A stretch of DNA of 51,308 nt from an uncultured Deferribacteres bacterium (GTDB lineage: Bacteria; Zhuqueibacterota; Zhuqueibacteria; Zhuqueibacterales; Geothermadaptataceae): NCBI GenBank assembly GCA_964014485.1, contig CAXHAT010000028.1:1-51308 (forward strand), in the 5' to 3' direction. Below are positions 30,598 to 39,950 of the stretch, in pieces. How positions within the stretch are numbered: the first letter of the stretch is position 1; every line of letters begins with the position of its first letter. The position numbers and the translations under genes were made by a program. The notes under the pieces were generated by a model that saw only the letters and a list, made by a program, of their open reading frames with translations, ran no database searches and was not told where the DNA came from.

Positions 30598-32283
30598 ATG
30601 AAGTGTGAACGCTGTGGTCGGGAGAACCCCGACCAAACCCTCTACTGCGAAGCCTGCGGCGAAAAACAATTTAAAGCAAAAATCAGATTGGTTGACACGA
30701 TAGGTCGCGATAATACGATCTATCTTTTCGCGAAGGATTACCTGATTGGTCGGGAAGAATCGTGCGACGTTTTTCTTGATGATCCAGGCGTTTCCCGGAA
30801 ACATGCCCGCGTTCTTTATAAAGAAGGGCGTTTTCAGCTCGAAGATATGCGCAGCAAAAACGGCGTTTTGGTAAATAATGAGAAGCCCTTTCACGCCACG
30901 CGTTTGAAAAATTTTGACTGCATTCAAATCGGCGGAGCGTTCCTGCATTTTTATCAAGCCACCGGCGACCTTCCCGAACAAAAAGCGATTTCCAACACTG
31001 GCGAATTTGTTCAAAAAACTCTCCTCAAAGTTTCTCGCGACATTCGCAGCAAGAACATGCTGGACGAAGTCTTGAACACAATTCTCGACGGCATGACGGC
31101 AATGGCGCAAGCTGCGGAAGCGGGATTCTGGACGTTCGATCGCGAGATCAACGATTGGAAGCTCTACTCCGGGCGAAACATGAAATTGATGGGCGGGGGG
31201 GATGTGATGGAGCGGAAAATCAGGAAGCTTGCGGGGACGGTAGCCGCCGAAAAACGCATTCATCTTTATCACGAAGACGGCCATTGGGAATATTTTGAAC
31301 AACTGGACCAAGCCGCAGGAGCAGTTTACAGCGTTTTGGCATTTCCATTGCTTTCGCGCGGGTTTAGTATCTCAGAAAGCGCTCATGACGACGTACTCGG
31401 AATCGTCTACTTGAAATCTTTGGGGACGGGGCGGATGCTAGACTCCAGGAAAATCACCTTGCTGGAAAGCCTGGCCAGCCAGTGCGTCGTCGCGATGGAA
31501 AACAATGTTCTCTATCGTGAAGCGCTGGCAAAACGACGCATGGACAATGAGTTAGAGCTTGCGCGGAAAATGCAGAGCCAACTGCTGCCGCGTGAAATTG
31601 TGCAAGCGCCAAATACCGACATTGCCTGGTATTCAAGAGCAAGAAATTACGTCGGGGGCGACTATTATGACGTTTTGAAAATTCGGGAAACCGAATTAGC
31701 GTTGGTCATCAGCGATATTTCGGGCAAGGGCATGAGCGCTGCACTTGCCATGTCGAGCCTGCAAGGAAGCTTGCGTGCACAGATTATCTATGAGCAAAGC
31801 CCGCTTCGTCTCGTCGCAAACGTCAACCAGCTTTTTAGACAGTCAACGCCGGGGAATGTTTTTGCGACATTTTTTTTCTGCCTCTACGACTATCGTACAG
31901 GTGCGCTGCGCTATGTTAACGCCGGTCACAATCCGCCGCTGTTGGTTAGAAAAAACGGCGACTGTCAATTCCTCAAAGAGAAGACGCTTCCTTTGGGCGT
32001 TCTCGAACAAAAGCCTGAAAAAGAATCTTCCGAGCGTCTTGAGGACGGAGATACAATCGTTTTTTACACAGACGGTTTGTCAGAAGCGATGAATGAAAAT
32101 ATGGAAAAGCTGGGGGTGGGAGAAATCCAGAAGAACATTTTGTCAAGCCTCGGGAAAAACGACAAAATCACTGCGAAGGAAGTTTTGAACCGCCTGCTCA
32201 AACGCGTGGAGAAACATGTTGAAAAACAGCCGCAGCATGACGATCTTACCATACTTATCCTGAAAAGAACAGTCTCCGATTGA
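30598..32283 (+). CDS. Zinc ribbon, FHA, GAF-like and SpoIIE/PP2C phosphatase protein
   Basis: CERC...CEAC; IGR...SRKHA...SKNG FHA motif; VGGDYYD, DISGKG, YTDGLSEA, DDLT. Confidence 0.9.
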   Translation: MKCERCGRENPDQTLYCEACGEKQFKAKIRLVDTIGRDNTIYLFAKDYLIGREESCDVFLDDPGVSRKHARVLYKEGRFQLEDMRSKNGVLVNNEKPFHATRLKNFDCIQIGGAFLHFYQATGDLPEQKAISNTGEFVQKTLLKVSRDIRSKNMLDEVLNTILDGMTAMAQAAEAGFWTFDREINDWKLYSGRNMKLMGGGDVMERKIRKLAGTVAAEKRIHLYHEDGHWEYFEQLDQAAGAVYSVLAFPLLSRGFSISESAHDDVLGIVYLKSLGTGRMLDSRKITLLESLASQCVVAMENNVLYREALAKRRMDNELELARKMQSQLLPREIVQAPNTDIAWYSRARNYVGGDYYDVLKIRETELALVISDISGKGMSAALAMSSLQGSLRAQIIYEQSPLRLVANVNQLFRQSTPGNVFATFFFCLYDYRTGALRYVNAGHNPPLLVRKNGDCQFLKEKTLPLGVLEQKPEKESSERLEDGDTIVFYTDGLSEAMNENMEKLGVGEIQKNILSSLGKNDKITAKEVLNRLLKRVEKHVEKQPQHDDLTILILKRTVSD

Positions 32284-32358
32284 AATAATTTTCCAACCCG
32301 ATTGAAATGCGCACAAATAGCTGGGTGTTCGATGTGTTGGATTTAATGGAAAGCTCGT

Positions 32359-32907
32359 ATGGCAAAGCCTGAAGCGCCCCTGCCTGTGAAGTTGTTTTCG
32401 GGCGTTTTGTTTGTAAATGGGGAAAAGCTCAGTCGAGCAAGAGAGCTGCTGATTGACGCCTTTGGAGAAATTGATTTCGCCAGCAAAGCGTTCGAATTTC
32501 AGCCCGCGGAATATTATGAGCCGGAAATGGGGGGCCCGATTCGCAGGACTTTTTACAGCTTCCGCAATTTGATTGATCCGGCCGATCTGTCCGTTTGCAA
32601 ATTGCGGACGAATGGTATCGAAGACGAGTTGCAGGAAAATGAGCGACGAACCGTCAATATTGATTGCGGCTACCTGGATTACGGCAAGGTGGTTTTGGCT
32701 TCAATGAAAGAGCACAATCAAAAAATATATCTTGGCGGCGGCGTTTATGCGGACATGAACTTGCTTTATGAAAAAGGCCGTTTTAAGCCGCTGGAATGGA
32801 CGTTTCCAGATTTCCGCACCGGGCTGTATAATGAGACTTTATTGCACATCCGGGCGAAATACAAAGCGGCGCTTCGGAGGGAGCGCCGCGAGAAAGTTGT
32901 CGGATGA
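32359..32907 (+). CDS. DUF4416 family protein
   Basis: YYEPEMG, RTVNIDCGY, IYLGGGVYAD, WTFPDF pattern. Confidence 0.75.
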   Translation: MAKPEAPLPVKLFSGVLFVNGEKLSRARELLIDAFGEIDFASKAFEFQPAEYYEPEMGGPIRRTFYSFRNLIDPADLSVCKLRTNGIEDELQENERRTVNIDCGYLDYGKVVLASMKEHNQKIYLGGGVYADMNLLYEKGRFKPLEWTFPDFRTGLYNETLLHIRAKYKAALRRERREKVVG

Positions 32908-33048
32908 TTGATGAAAAACCAAACCACAAGCTCTGGAATCAAATGCTTCAGCATTTGATTCCAGAGCTTGCACGCGATGTTGAACCGCTGCACTCGGTAA
33001 AAAACTCCGCTGAATTTAGACAAGTTCCGAAAAGTTAAAACGCTCAGG

Positions 33049-33723
33049 CTAGTAGTTTAAGAACTTTGTATCCGGGTTCTGTCTTTTCCAGGCTTCCCAC
33101 CTTGTAAACGAAGATTGAAACTCCTCAAGCCGCCTGTCCTTCCATTTTCCGCTGATGCAGGTCAATCCGTCGTCTTCTTCCATGTGATACCACAGGCTTT
33201 CCGACTCATGATCATAAAGCACAAAAGTGTTTCTGTAAGTCCATCCGCTGGCGGCGAGGGTAAGAACTTCCCCGTCAATTTCCCGGCTGTACACGGCAGC
33301 CAATGAAACAAGCGGTCAGAACGCCGCCGCGACGTGCGTTTCGCCGAACACTTCGTCTGCGATTTCATGCACGGCCAGGACGGATATTGGGTAGGCTCTA
33401 GCATCGCCTTCGATGGAAACGCCGAGCACCGCGAATGTAGCGTTAGGCGCTGGATAGCCGGGATCGCCTGGACTAAGATGTTTGGGATTTAGTATTGGGC
33501 GTATGGCGTTCGGGCCAAGCCCAAATTGAAATTGGCTGGCGACAAAGCCGTATTGTTTGACGGCGTGAGTTACGTCCCATTCTTTTCCCGTGTCGTCAAT
33601 GATCAGAATTTTCCCGTCGTTGGTTTCTTCAACTTTGGCCAGGTCGGCTCCGCCAAAATTCGTCCCGCACGAATAAATCAGAACGGCGCTGATTAAGGGC
33701 GTCAGCAAAGTTTTTTTTCTCAT
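33049..33723 (-). CDS. DUF3179 family lipoprotein, probable selenoprotein (in-frame TGA at 33316-33318)
   Basis: The two ORF-track fragments are in frame; reads VAAAF-U-PLVSLAAVYSREIDG...YDHESESLW; LIYSC lipobox; ARAYP...HEIADE motif. Confidence 0.8.
33279..33308 (-). promoter_or_regulatory. Candidate bacterial SECIS hairpin
   Basis: TTTCATTGGCTG-CCGTGTA-CAGCCGGGAAA beginning 8 nt after the TGA. Confidence 0.55.
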
Positions 33724-33973
33724 AGTCGCCTCTCTTAAATCAGGTGATCGGCTGGAAATAGAATTCTTTTGACAAACACGGTCGAAACTTTCTTTATTCC
33801 GCTCAATGCTCGGTATGAAGCGCTTTGTCAATTCTATGCAAAAAATGTCTAAAAATGCGGCAAGATATTGCATACTGCCAAGGTTGCATCTTGCCGTGAA
33901 TTTGAATGATTAAAGGAATTAAACTCTTAAAAAATAAATAGCTTACATTAGGCGGCCCAAGCTTGGGCGCCAC

Positions 33974-33988
33974 TGGCATGTCATTTGC
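33974..33988 (+). promoter_or_regulatory. Candidate sigma54 promoter upstream of the susC-like gene
   Basis: TGGCATG-TCAT-TTGC (GG-N10-GC), about 500 nt upstream of ATG 34488. Confidence 0.5.
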
Positions 33989-34487
33989 CAAAATCTGACG
34001 GCTACTATACTGAGAGTCGCTTTGAACATGCTCATTAGACAAAGCTCTGGTACGTACTTTCTTCATAAAAGCTCATCAATACTCTCTTTTCGTTTGCTCG
34101 TTCTTGCGGATAGCCGAATGGCTAGATAGATTTGGTTCATTGCTATAATCGCCAACAAGGCATGCTCTTATATCCAATGAAAACAAGAGGCACGACGAGA
34201 AGACGCCAGTCTTCAGCTCTTCAATTTCTTAAAATTTTTCATGTTCTAAAAAAAACATTTAGCGTACAGCCTTTATTCTCTCGGCCTAATCATGCTCAGC
34301 CGAGAGAAACGATGGGCTGAAACGCTGAAGTTTATTCTCCAAAAACTGCATCCGTATGTGCAAGGACGCCCGAACGGATGGAGAAAATTCAGGTTGTCTT
34401 AGGCGGATTTTTCTCGACGTTTTCAAAAGAGGATGAAGATGTTGCGTCTTGGGAATTCCCCGGGAACTCAAATTGAGGGAGTGGATC

Positions 34488-37400
34488 ATGCTCAAATCCC
34501 CACGACTCATGCTGTTCGTGTGTACGGCTCTCCTGTCTATGTCAGGAATGTTGTTCGCGCAGACCGGCACCATCTCTGGTAAGGTCACCGACGCAAACAG
34601 CGGCGACCCCCTGCCTGGCGCTAACGTCCTGGTGCAAGGCCTGGAAATTGGCGCCGCCACAAACGCCGACGGCGAGTACACCATTGCAGGCGTACCAGTT
34701 GGCGAACGCTCCGTTATCGCGCGGTTTGTCGGCTACAAATCTAAAGTGACGACTGTTACGGTTAGTGGCGGCACAATCGCGGAGCTCAACATCGGGCTGA
34801 AAGAAACGGTTCTGCAATTGGATGAAGTTGTTGTGACCGGCGCAGGCGTTGCTTCCGCACGGAAGAAGCTGGGCAACACGGTTGCTTCAATCAACGCATC
34901 GCAACTCGAAGACGCTCCTGTCAGCAGCTTCTCTGAAATGATTCAGGGACGCGAAGCCGGCGTTAGCGTTCTTCCTTCAGGCGGCTTGGCTGGCGAAGGC
35001 GCTCGTATTCGTATTCGCGGAAGCGCAAGCTTGTCACAAACCAACGAGCCGGTCGTTTATGTCGACGGCATTCGTATTAATGCAGGCGCTGGCTTTTCTA
35101 TCGCTGGCGGCGGCGGCGTGGCTTCCCGTCTCGACGACATTAACCCTGCTGCAATTGAGCGTGTTGAAATTCTGAAAGGCGCTGCTGCTGCAACACTTTA
35201 CGGCACGCAAGCTTCTAACGGAATTATCCAGATTTTCACCAAAAAGGGCAGCTTTTCTAAGCCCAAATTCACCCTCGAAATCGAACAAAACGCTCAAAGA
35301 TATCCGGAAACTTACAAGCCAAACACCGGCTTTGCTCGCTCACCAGAGCAGGCTGCCGATATGGCTGCGGCTTTTGGTATTCCAGTCCAGCCTTTTGAGT
35401 TAGTGCAAAGAACAAATGTGAAAGACATTCTGAGCACTGGACATGGCCAAACCTACGCTCTCTCAGTGAGCGGCGGAGGCTCTGGCGTGACGTATTTTGC
35501 CAGCGGTCGTTTTAACCACACCGACGGACCTTACAATCCGCAGTCTCAAGATTTCGCAATTGGCGGAAATCCTGAAGGCTTTGCGCCGGGCGGTTCAAAT
35601 GACCTTAACCAGCGCGCACAATTCTCAGCGTCGGTTAATGTCGTACCTTCCAATAAGCTCAACTTCCGCGTTAGCACGGGTTACACCAATACCCGCCACG
35701 AAACGCCGGATAACAACAATAACATTTACGGCGTTGTCTCTCTCGCCATGTTCGGCAAGCCTGAGTTTGCTGACGTAAACAACCCGCAAGGCACGGTTGC
35801 CTTCGCAACTGTTCGTGAAGCGACGTATCAAGAAAACAGCGAAGTCGCTCAGCGCGCTTACGTCAGTCTTTCCAGTAACTACAAGCTCACCAATGAAATC
35901 ACTATTGACGCGAACGCGGGCTTGGATTACACACAGGAACGCGCCACCGCCTTTCGTCCGTTTGCTTGGGACGTTGACGGATTTACCGGCGCTACCACTG
36001 ACGGTAACCTCTACATCGGAAACTTCACCCAGAAAGAGTGGACTGTTGACGTTAAAGCCAACTGGAATCGTAATTTTGGCTCCGCGATTTCATCTTCTTT
36101 TGTCATGGGCTTCCAGGGCTTCAATACAATCACCAACTTCTCATCTGGTTCAGGTACAACCTTCCCGGGACCTGGTCTTGAAACGCTTTCCGCGCTTGAC
36201 GGTTCAACGACCGGCACGGGCTCTAGCTTTTCTGAAGTCATCAATGCTGGATGGTTCTTCCAGGAGCAGGTTGGCTATCAGGATTATTTGTACGTGACGG
36301 CGGGTATTCGGTTTGACGCGAACAGTGCGTTCGGTACCAACTTTAGCACTCAGAGCTACCCGAAAGTCAGCTTTTCTTTCGTGCCTTCCACTGCATTCCC
36401 AAGCATGAGCAGCTCAACGCTCTCTACCTTCCGGGTACGTGCAGCAATCGGAACTTCCGGCCAGCAGCCGAACGCTTTCGATAACTTGACCACTTTTACG
36501 CCGCAAACTTCTGACGCCGGTCCTGGCGTATCGCCCGGTAACTTGGGCAACCCGGACTTGAAACCTGAAGTTTCAACGGAAATTGAAGGCGGTTTTGAAG
36601 CAGGCCTATTCGATGACAAAGTCGGCCTGGAATTTACCTACTGGGACAGAACCGTGAGCGATGCTATCGTTTTGCGCCAGTTCCCGATCTCCGGCGGTTT
36701 TCTGAGCCTGCAGGCTGATAATATTGGCGAAATAAAAGCGAATGGCATTGATTTGAACTTGCGCGTTTCCGCCTTGAATAAAGAGAATCTGACTCTCGAT
36801 CTCTTTGCAAACGGCGCTTACTTGCAAGAAGAAGTCACGGATTTGGGCGGCGCACCTCGCCTTAAGGCTGGCGGTTCTTACCCGCGTTATCGCAATCACA
36901 TTGATGAAGGCTTCGCGCCTGGCGTTCATTTTGGCGCCAAGTTGGATCGCGATCTTGAGTATCCAATTGATCTCGACGGCGACAACGTTGCTGAAAGCAC
37001 GCAAGAATTATTGGAATACTTCTCTGAAGAGCGCGCTCCGACCGATTTCAAACCGGTCCTGCTTCCATTTACCGATCCTAAAACCGGCCAGAACAACTTC
37101 TTGTTGCACAATCTTGGCAAACCGACTCCGGATTGGTCAGGCTCTTTTGGCCTCAACCTTGGTTTCATGAAGCGTTTCCGTTTTTCAACTTTGTTTGAAT
37201 ACAAAGCAGGTAACTACTTTGTAAACAACCTGACGGACGCCTTCCGTAAGTCGCACGGCGCTATTGGCAGAAACACGCCTGGCGCTGCTGCAACAGAATT
37301 GGTTCTCCTGAACCCCTCAAGCTCTGCGGAAGATCGTTTGGAAGCGGCAAATGAGTGGGTTCGTACCTACCTTGCGCTGTCTCCCTACAGCGGCTTGAAC

Positions 37401-37679
37401 ACGATTGAAAAAGCAGATTTCATTCGCTGGCGTGAATTGAGCTTGGCTTATGATCTGCCGCGCACTGTTGCCTCAAGTTTCGGCTTGCGCAATGCGACCG
37501 TTAGCGTTGCTGGTCGTAATTTGGTTCTCTTTTCCGGCTATTCCGGCGTCGATCCTGAAACCAACGCTATCGGTCGTCGCAGCGGCGGCGGTACTGACAA
37601 CAGCTTCCTCGACGGCGTTGAAGCTTTTGGTTTCCCGATTCCGCGACAGTTCGTTTTTTCACTCAAGGTTGGATTCTAA
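34488..37679 (+). CDS. SusC/RagA-family TonB-dependent transporter
   Basis: Carboxypeptidase-like N-domain, LDEVVVTG, IRIRGSAS, VEILKGAAAATLYG...NGIIQIFTK plug, NPDLKPE, terminal Phe; GAGGGAG RBS. Confidence 0.93.
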   Translation: MLKSPRLMLFVCTALLSMSGMLFAQTGTISGKVTDANSGDPLPGANVLVQGLEIGAATNADGEYTIAGVPVGERSVIARFVGYKSKVTTVTVSGGTIAELNIGLKETVLQLDEVVVTGAGVASARKKLGNTVASINASQLEDAPVSSFSEMIQGREAGVSVLPSGGLAGEGARIRIRGSASLSQTNEPVVYVDGIRINAGAGFSIAGGGGVASRLDDINPAAIERVEILKGAAAATLYGTQASNGIIQIFTKKGSFSKPKFTLEIEQNAQRYPETYKPNTGFARSPEQAADMAAAFGIPVQPFELVQRTNVKDILSTGHGQTYALSVSGGGSGVTYFASGRFNHTDGPYNPQSQDFAIGGNPEGFAPGGSNDLNQRAQFSASVNVVPSNKLNFRVSTGYTNTRHETPDNNNNIYGVVSLAMFGKPEFADVNNPQGTVAFATVREATYQENSEVAQRAYVSLSSNYKLTNEITIDANAGLDYTQERATAFRPFAWDVDGFTGATTDGNLYIGNFTQKEWTVDVKANWNRNFGSAISSSFVMGFQGFNTITNFSSGSGTTFPGPGLETLSALDGSTTGTGSSFSEVINAGWFFQEQVGYQDYLYVTAGIRFDANSAFGTNFSTQSYPKVSFSFVPSTAFPSMSSSTLSTFRVRAAIGTSGQQPNAFDNLTTFTPQTSDAGPGVSPGNLGNPDLKPEVSTEIEGGFEAGLFDDKVGLEFTYWDRTVSDAIVLRQFPISGGFLSLQADNIGEIKANGIDLNLRVSALNKENLTLDLFANGAYLQEEVTDLGGAPRLKAGGSYPRYRNHIDEGFAPGVHFGAKLDRDLEYPIDLDGDNVAESTQELLEYFSEERAPTDFKPVLLPFTDPKTGQNNFLLHNLGKPTPDWSGSFGLNLGFMKRFRFSTLFEYKAGNYFVNNLTDAFRKSHGAIGRNTPGAAATELVLLNPSSSAEDRLEAANEWVRTYLALSPYSGLNTIEKADFIRWRELSLAYDLPRTVASSFGLRNATVSVAGRNLVLFSGYSGVDPETNAIGRRSGGGTDNSFLDGVEAFGFPIPRQFVFSLKVGF

Positions 37680-37699
37680 GGTAAAAGGGAGAAACAAAA

Positions 37700-38980
37700 A
37701 TGAAAAATTCAAAAAATATTTTTGCGCAGATATTGCTCTGCTCCCTGACCGCATTCTTTGTGCTTGGGAGCTTGGGTTGCGAAGATCCGCTTGACGTAGA
37801 AAACCCAAACAGTTTGGTAGAAGTTGATCTGGAAAATCCGATTGCCGCTGCAGCTATTGCTAACGGCGCTTTGGCGACGGTTTCTGACGGTATTGGGTAC
37901 GTGATTGCGCCTTACTCGACTGCAACCGACGAATGCTTCTGGATCGGCTCGCGTGACGCTTGGCGTGAATTGGATTTCGGCAATGTCTCATTTTCCGGAA
38001 ATGAGTTCACAGACAATGCGATGAAATTCTTGCACGAAGGGCGCTGGATGGCTGATAAAGCTGTTGTCGCTCTAACTGAATTTCAAACCAACGGCGAATT
38101 AGGTGATGTGGAAGATCTCGCCCGTTCACATCTTTATGCCGGATTGGTACGAATTGCTATTGCCGAGTGGTTTGACGATTGGACGTTTTCTGACAAAACA
38201 GAACCTGCGCCAAACGTTGGCGCTGCAAATATGAATAGTGTTATTAACGACGCTATTGCAAGTTTCGATCAGGCAATGTCTATCGCTGGTTCAGGCACAG
38301 AAACCTACAACCGCGCTTTGGCTATGAAAGCGAGAGCAAAGCATGGTCTCGCCGTCTGGGGTCTGTTGAACCCGGCTGGTACGACCCCGGCGAACCCATG
38401 GGTTAACGCTGGCGTAGCTGAAGCGCAGGCTGTTCTGGACGCCGTTGGCGACGACTGGCAATGGCAGTTAAATTATTCTCCGAGCGCAAGCTATAACGAT
38501 TGGGCATGGCAAGTCAACGGCCGTTTGGAATTGGATATTTCCGCTATTCCAAACGATATTATTGACGCCGTTGCTGATCCTCGTATGCAAGCGGTCAACG
38601 ATGATTTCCGGGACACCGACAAGTATAGCGGAACAAACTACGCGCCGCTAACGATGGTCTCTTCTCGCGAAATGCATCTCATTATTGCTGAATCTGATGT
38701 TGCTTCAGGCAGTGCGGCCGCGGCATTGGATCGCTTGAACACCATGCGCAGTTGGGACGGCTTGACGGCGAGCGACGGCTCCGTTTCTGCTGAAGATTTG
38801 CTGAAACATGAGCGTCGCGCAAACTTGTTCATGCAAGGACGTCGCCTGAACGACATGTATCGTTTCGGTATTAAAGACGCACTGTGGCAAACCAACTCGA
38901 ACGCCTACACTACGCCTGGCGATTTGTTGGATTTGACCGATGCTGAATTGCAGTCCAATCCGCTTGCACGTGATCGCTAA
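37700..38980 (+). CDS. SusD/RagB-family lipoprotein
   Basis: SLGC lipobox; EMHLIIAE, ERRANLFMQGRRLNDMYRF, ELQSNP; directly downstream of susC. Confidence 0.88.
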   Translation: MKNSKNIFAQILLCSLTAFFVLGSLGCEDPLDVENPNSLVEVDLENPIAAAAIANGALATVSDGIGYVIAPYSTATDECFWIGSRDAWRELDFGNVSFSGNEFTDNAMKFLHEGRWMADKAVVALTEFQTNGELGDVEDLARSHLYAGLVRIAIAEWFDDWTFSDKTEPAPNVGAANMNSVINDAIASFDQAMSIAGSGTETYNRALAMKARAKHGLAVWGLLNPAGTTPANPWVNAGVAEAQAVLDAVGDDWQWQLNYSPSASYNDWAWQVNGRLELDISAIPNDIIDAVADPRMQAVNDDFRDTDKYSGTNYAPLTMVSSREMHLIIAESDVASGSAAAALDRLNTMRSWDGLTASDGSVSAEDLLKHERRANLFMQGRRLNDMYRFGIKDALWQTNSNAYTTPGDLLDLTDAELQSNPLARDR

Positions 38981-39004
38981 ACGCTGTTGACGATATTTTG
39001 TAGT

Positions 39005-39046
39005 GAAAAAGACGATCCTTTGCTCTGGGGTCGTCTTTTTCTTTTT
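39005..39046 (+). terminator. Intrinsic terminator after susCD
   Basis: gaaaaagacgatcc...gggtcgtctttttc plus a T tract. Confidence 0.75.
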
Positions 39047-39129
39047 GTCATGATCAACGATAATGTTTGCCGGAATAAAGACCGGCTTATTCAAAATCGA
39101 TCTGCACCCATTAACTCAAAGGAGGAGGT

Positions 39130-39813
39130 ATGAAACGCTCATACAAAAAAAACGCCGTCTCCATCATTCTTATATTTGCGTTTGCGAATTCATTCATCGT
39201 TCCCGCTTTAGCCTCTCCCAAAAAAGATACAGCAAAAGTGAACGTTGCATTTTTGGGCGTGCATTATGACAACGTACCTAAAGATGTAGAAAAACGATTT
39301 CAGGCGCGTCTGGTTGGATTATTAAAAGATGAGTCATCCTTCAATTTATCGATGACGGGAAAAGCGTTAGAATCTTTGGATCAGGACCAAGTTAATTCTC
39401 TCCTTTTAGAAGCGAACACTGAGAACTGCAAGCTTGTCGCCGATCAATTGCACGTAGATTATCTATATTTTGGCAATATTTCTGACCGGAGTAAAAACGA
39501 AGGTCGCGTGCTGCTGGTTGGAGAGCTTAATCGCTATGATCGAAAAACAAATTTGCTGCACCGGTTTGAGATTGCAAAATATCACGATGTAATCGGGGTT
39601 GAGTTTCTCCGCTTTGAAAAAGAGTACATTGACACAATCATTCCGGAGTTGCAGAACAAAAAAACGACTTGGCCGTGGATCGTAGTTGCCGGCGTTGGCG
39701 TGGCTGGGCTCATAGCGCTTACTTTGTCTACTTCTCGTCTTGGCGGCGATTCAAACGGCGAAAATCCTGATAATCCCATGCCAACGACTCCGATTGAAAC
39801 GCTGAGAAAATAA
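39130..39813 (+). CDS. Secreted hypothetical protein with C-terminal TM/Pro tail
   Basis: AGGAGG RBS, signal peptide, WPWIVVAGVGVAGLIAL tail. Confidence 0.7.
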   Translation: MKRSYKKNAVSIILIFAFANSFIVPALASPKKDTAKVNVAFLGVHYDNVPKDVEKRFQARLVGLLKDESSFNLSMTGKALESLDQDQVNSLLLEANTENCKLVADQLHVDYLYFGNISDRSKNEGRVLLVGELNRYDRKTNLLHRFEIAKYHDVIGVEFLRFEKEYIDTIIPELQNKKTTWPWIVVAGVGVAGLIALTLSTSRLGGDSNGENPDNPMPTTPIETLRK

Positions 39814-39950
39814 TTGCTGCAGGTTCGAGAGTTGAGTTATTGAACAAATCTCGGGCATTCTCGTCAGATTTTGAAATGACAGCGCTTCTCGTATTTGCGA
39901 AAACGCGCTTCGCCAGCCTTCGAACAGAACACAACGCCCGCCAACGTCTT

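Noticed and set aside
33049..33873. DUF3179 pseudogene or two separate genes
   Set aside because: A single in-frame TGA at the conserved Cys with a downstream hairpin favours selenocysteine.
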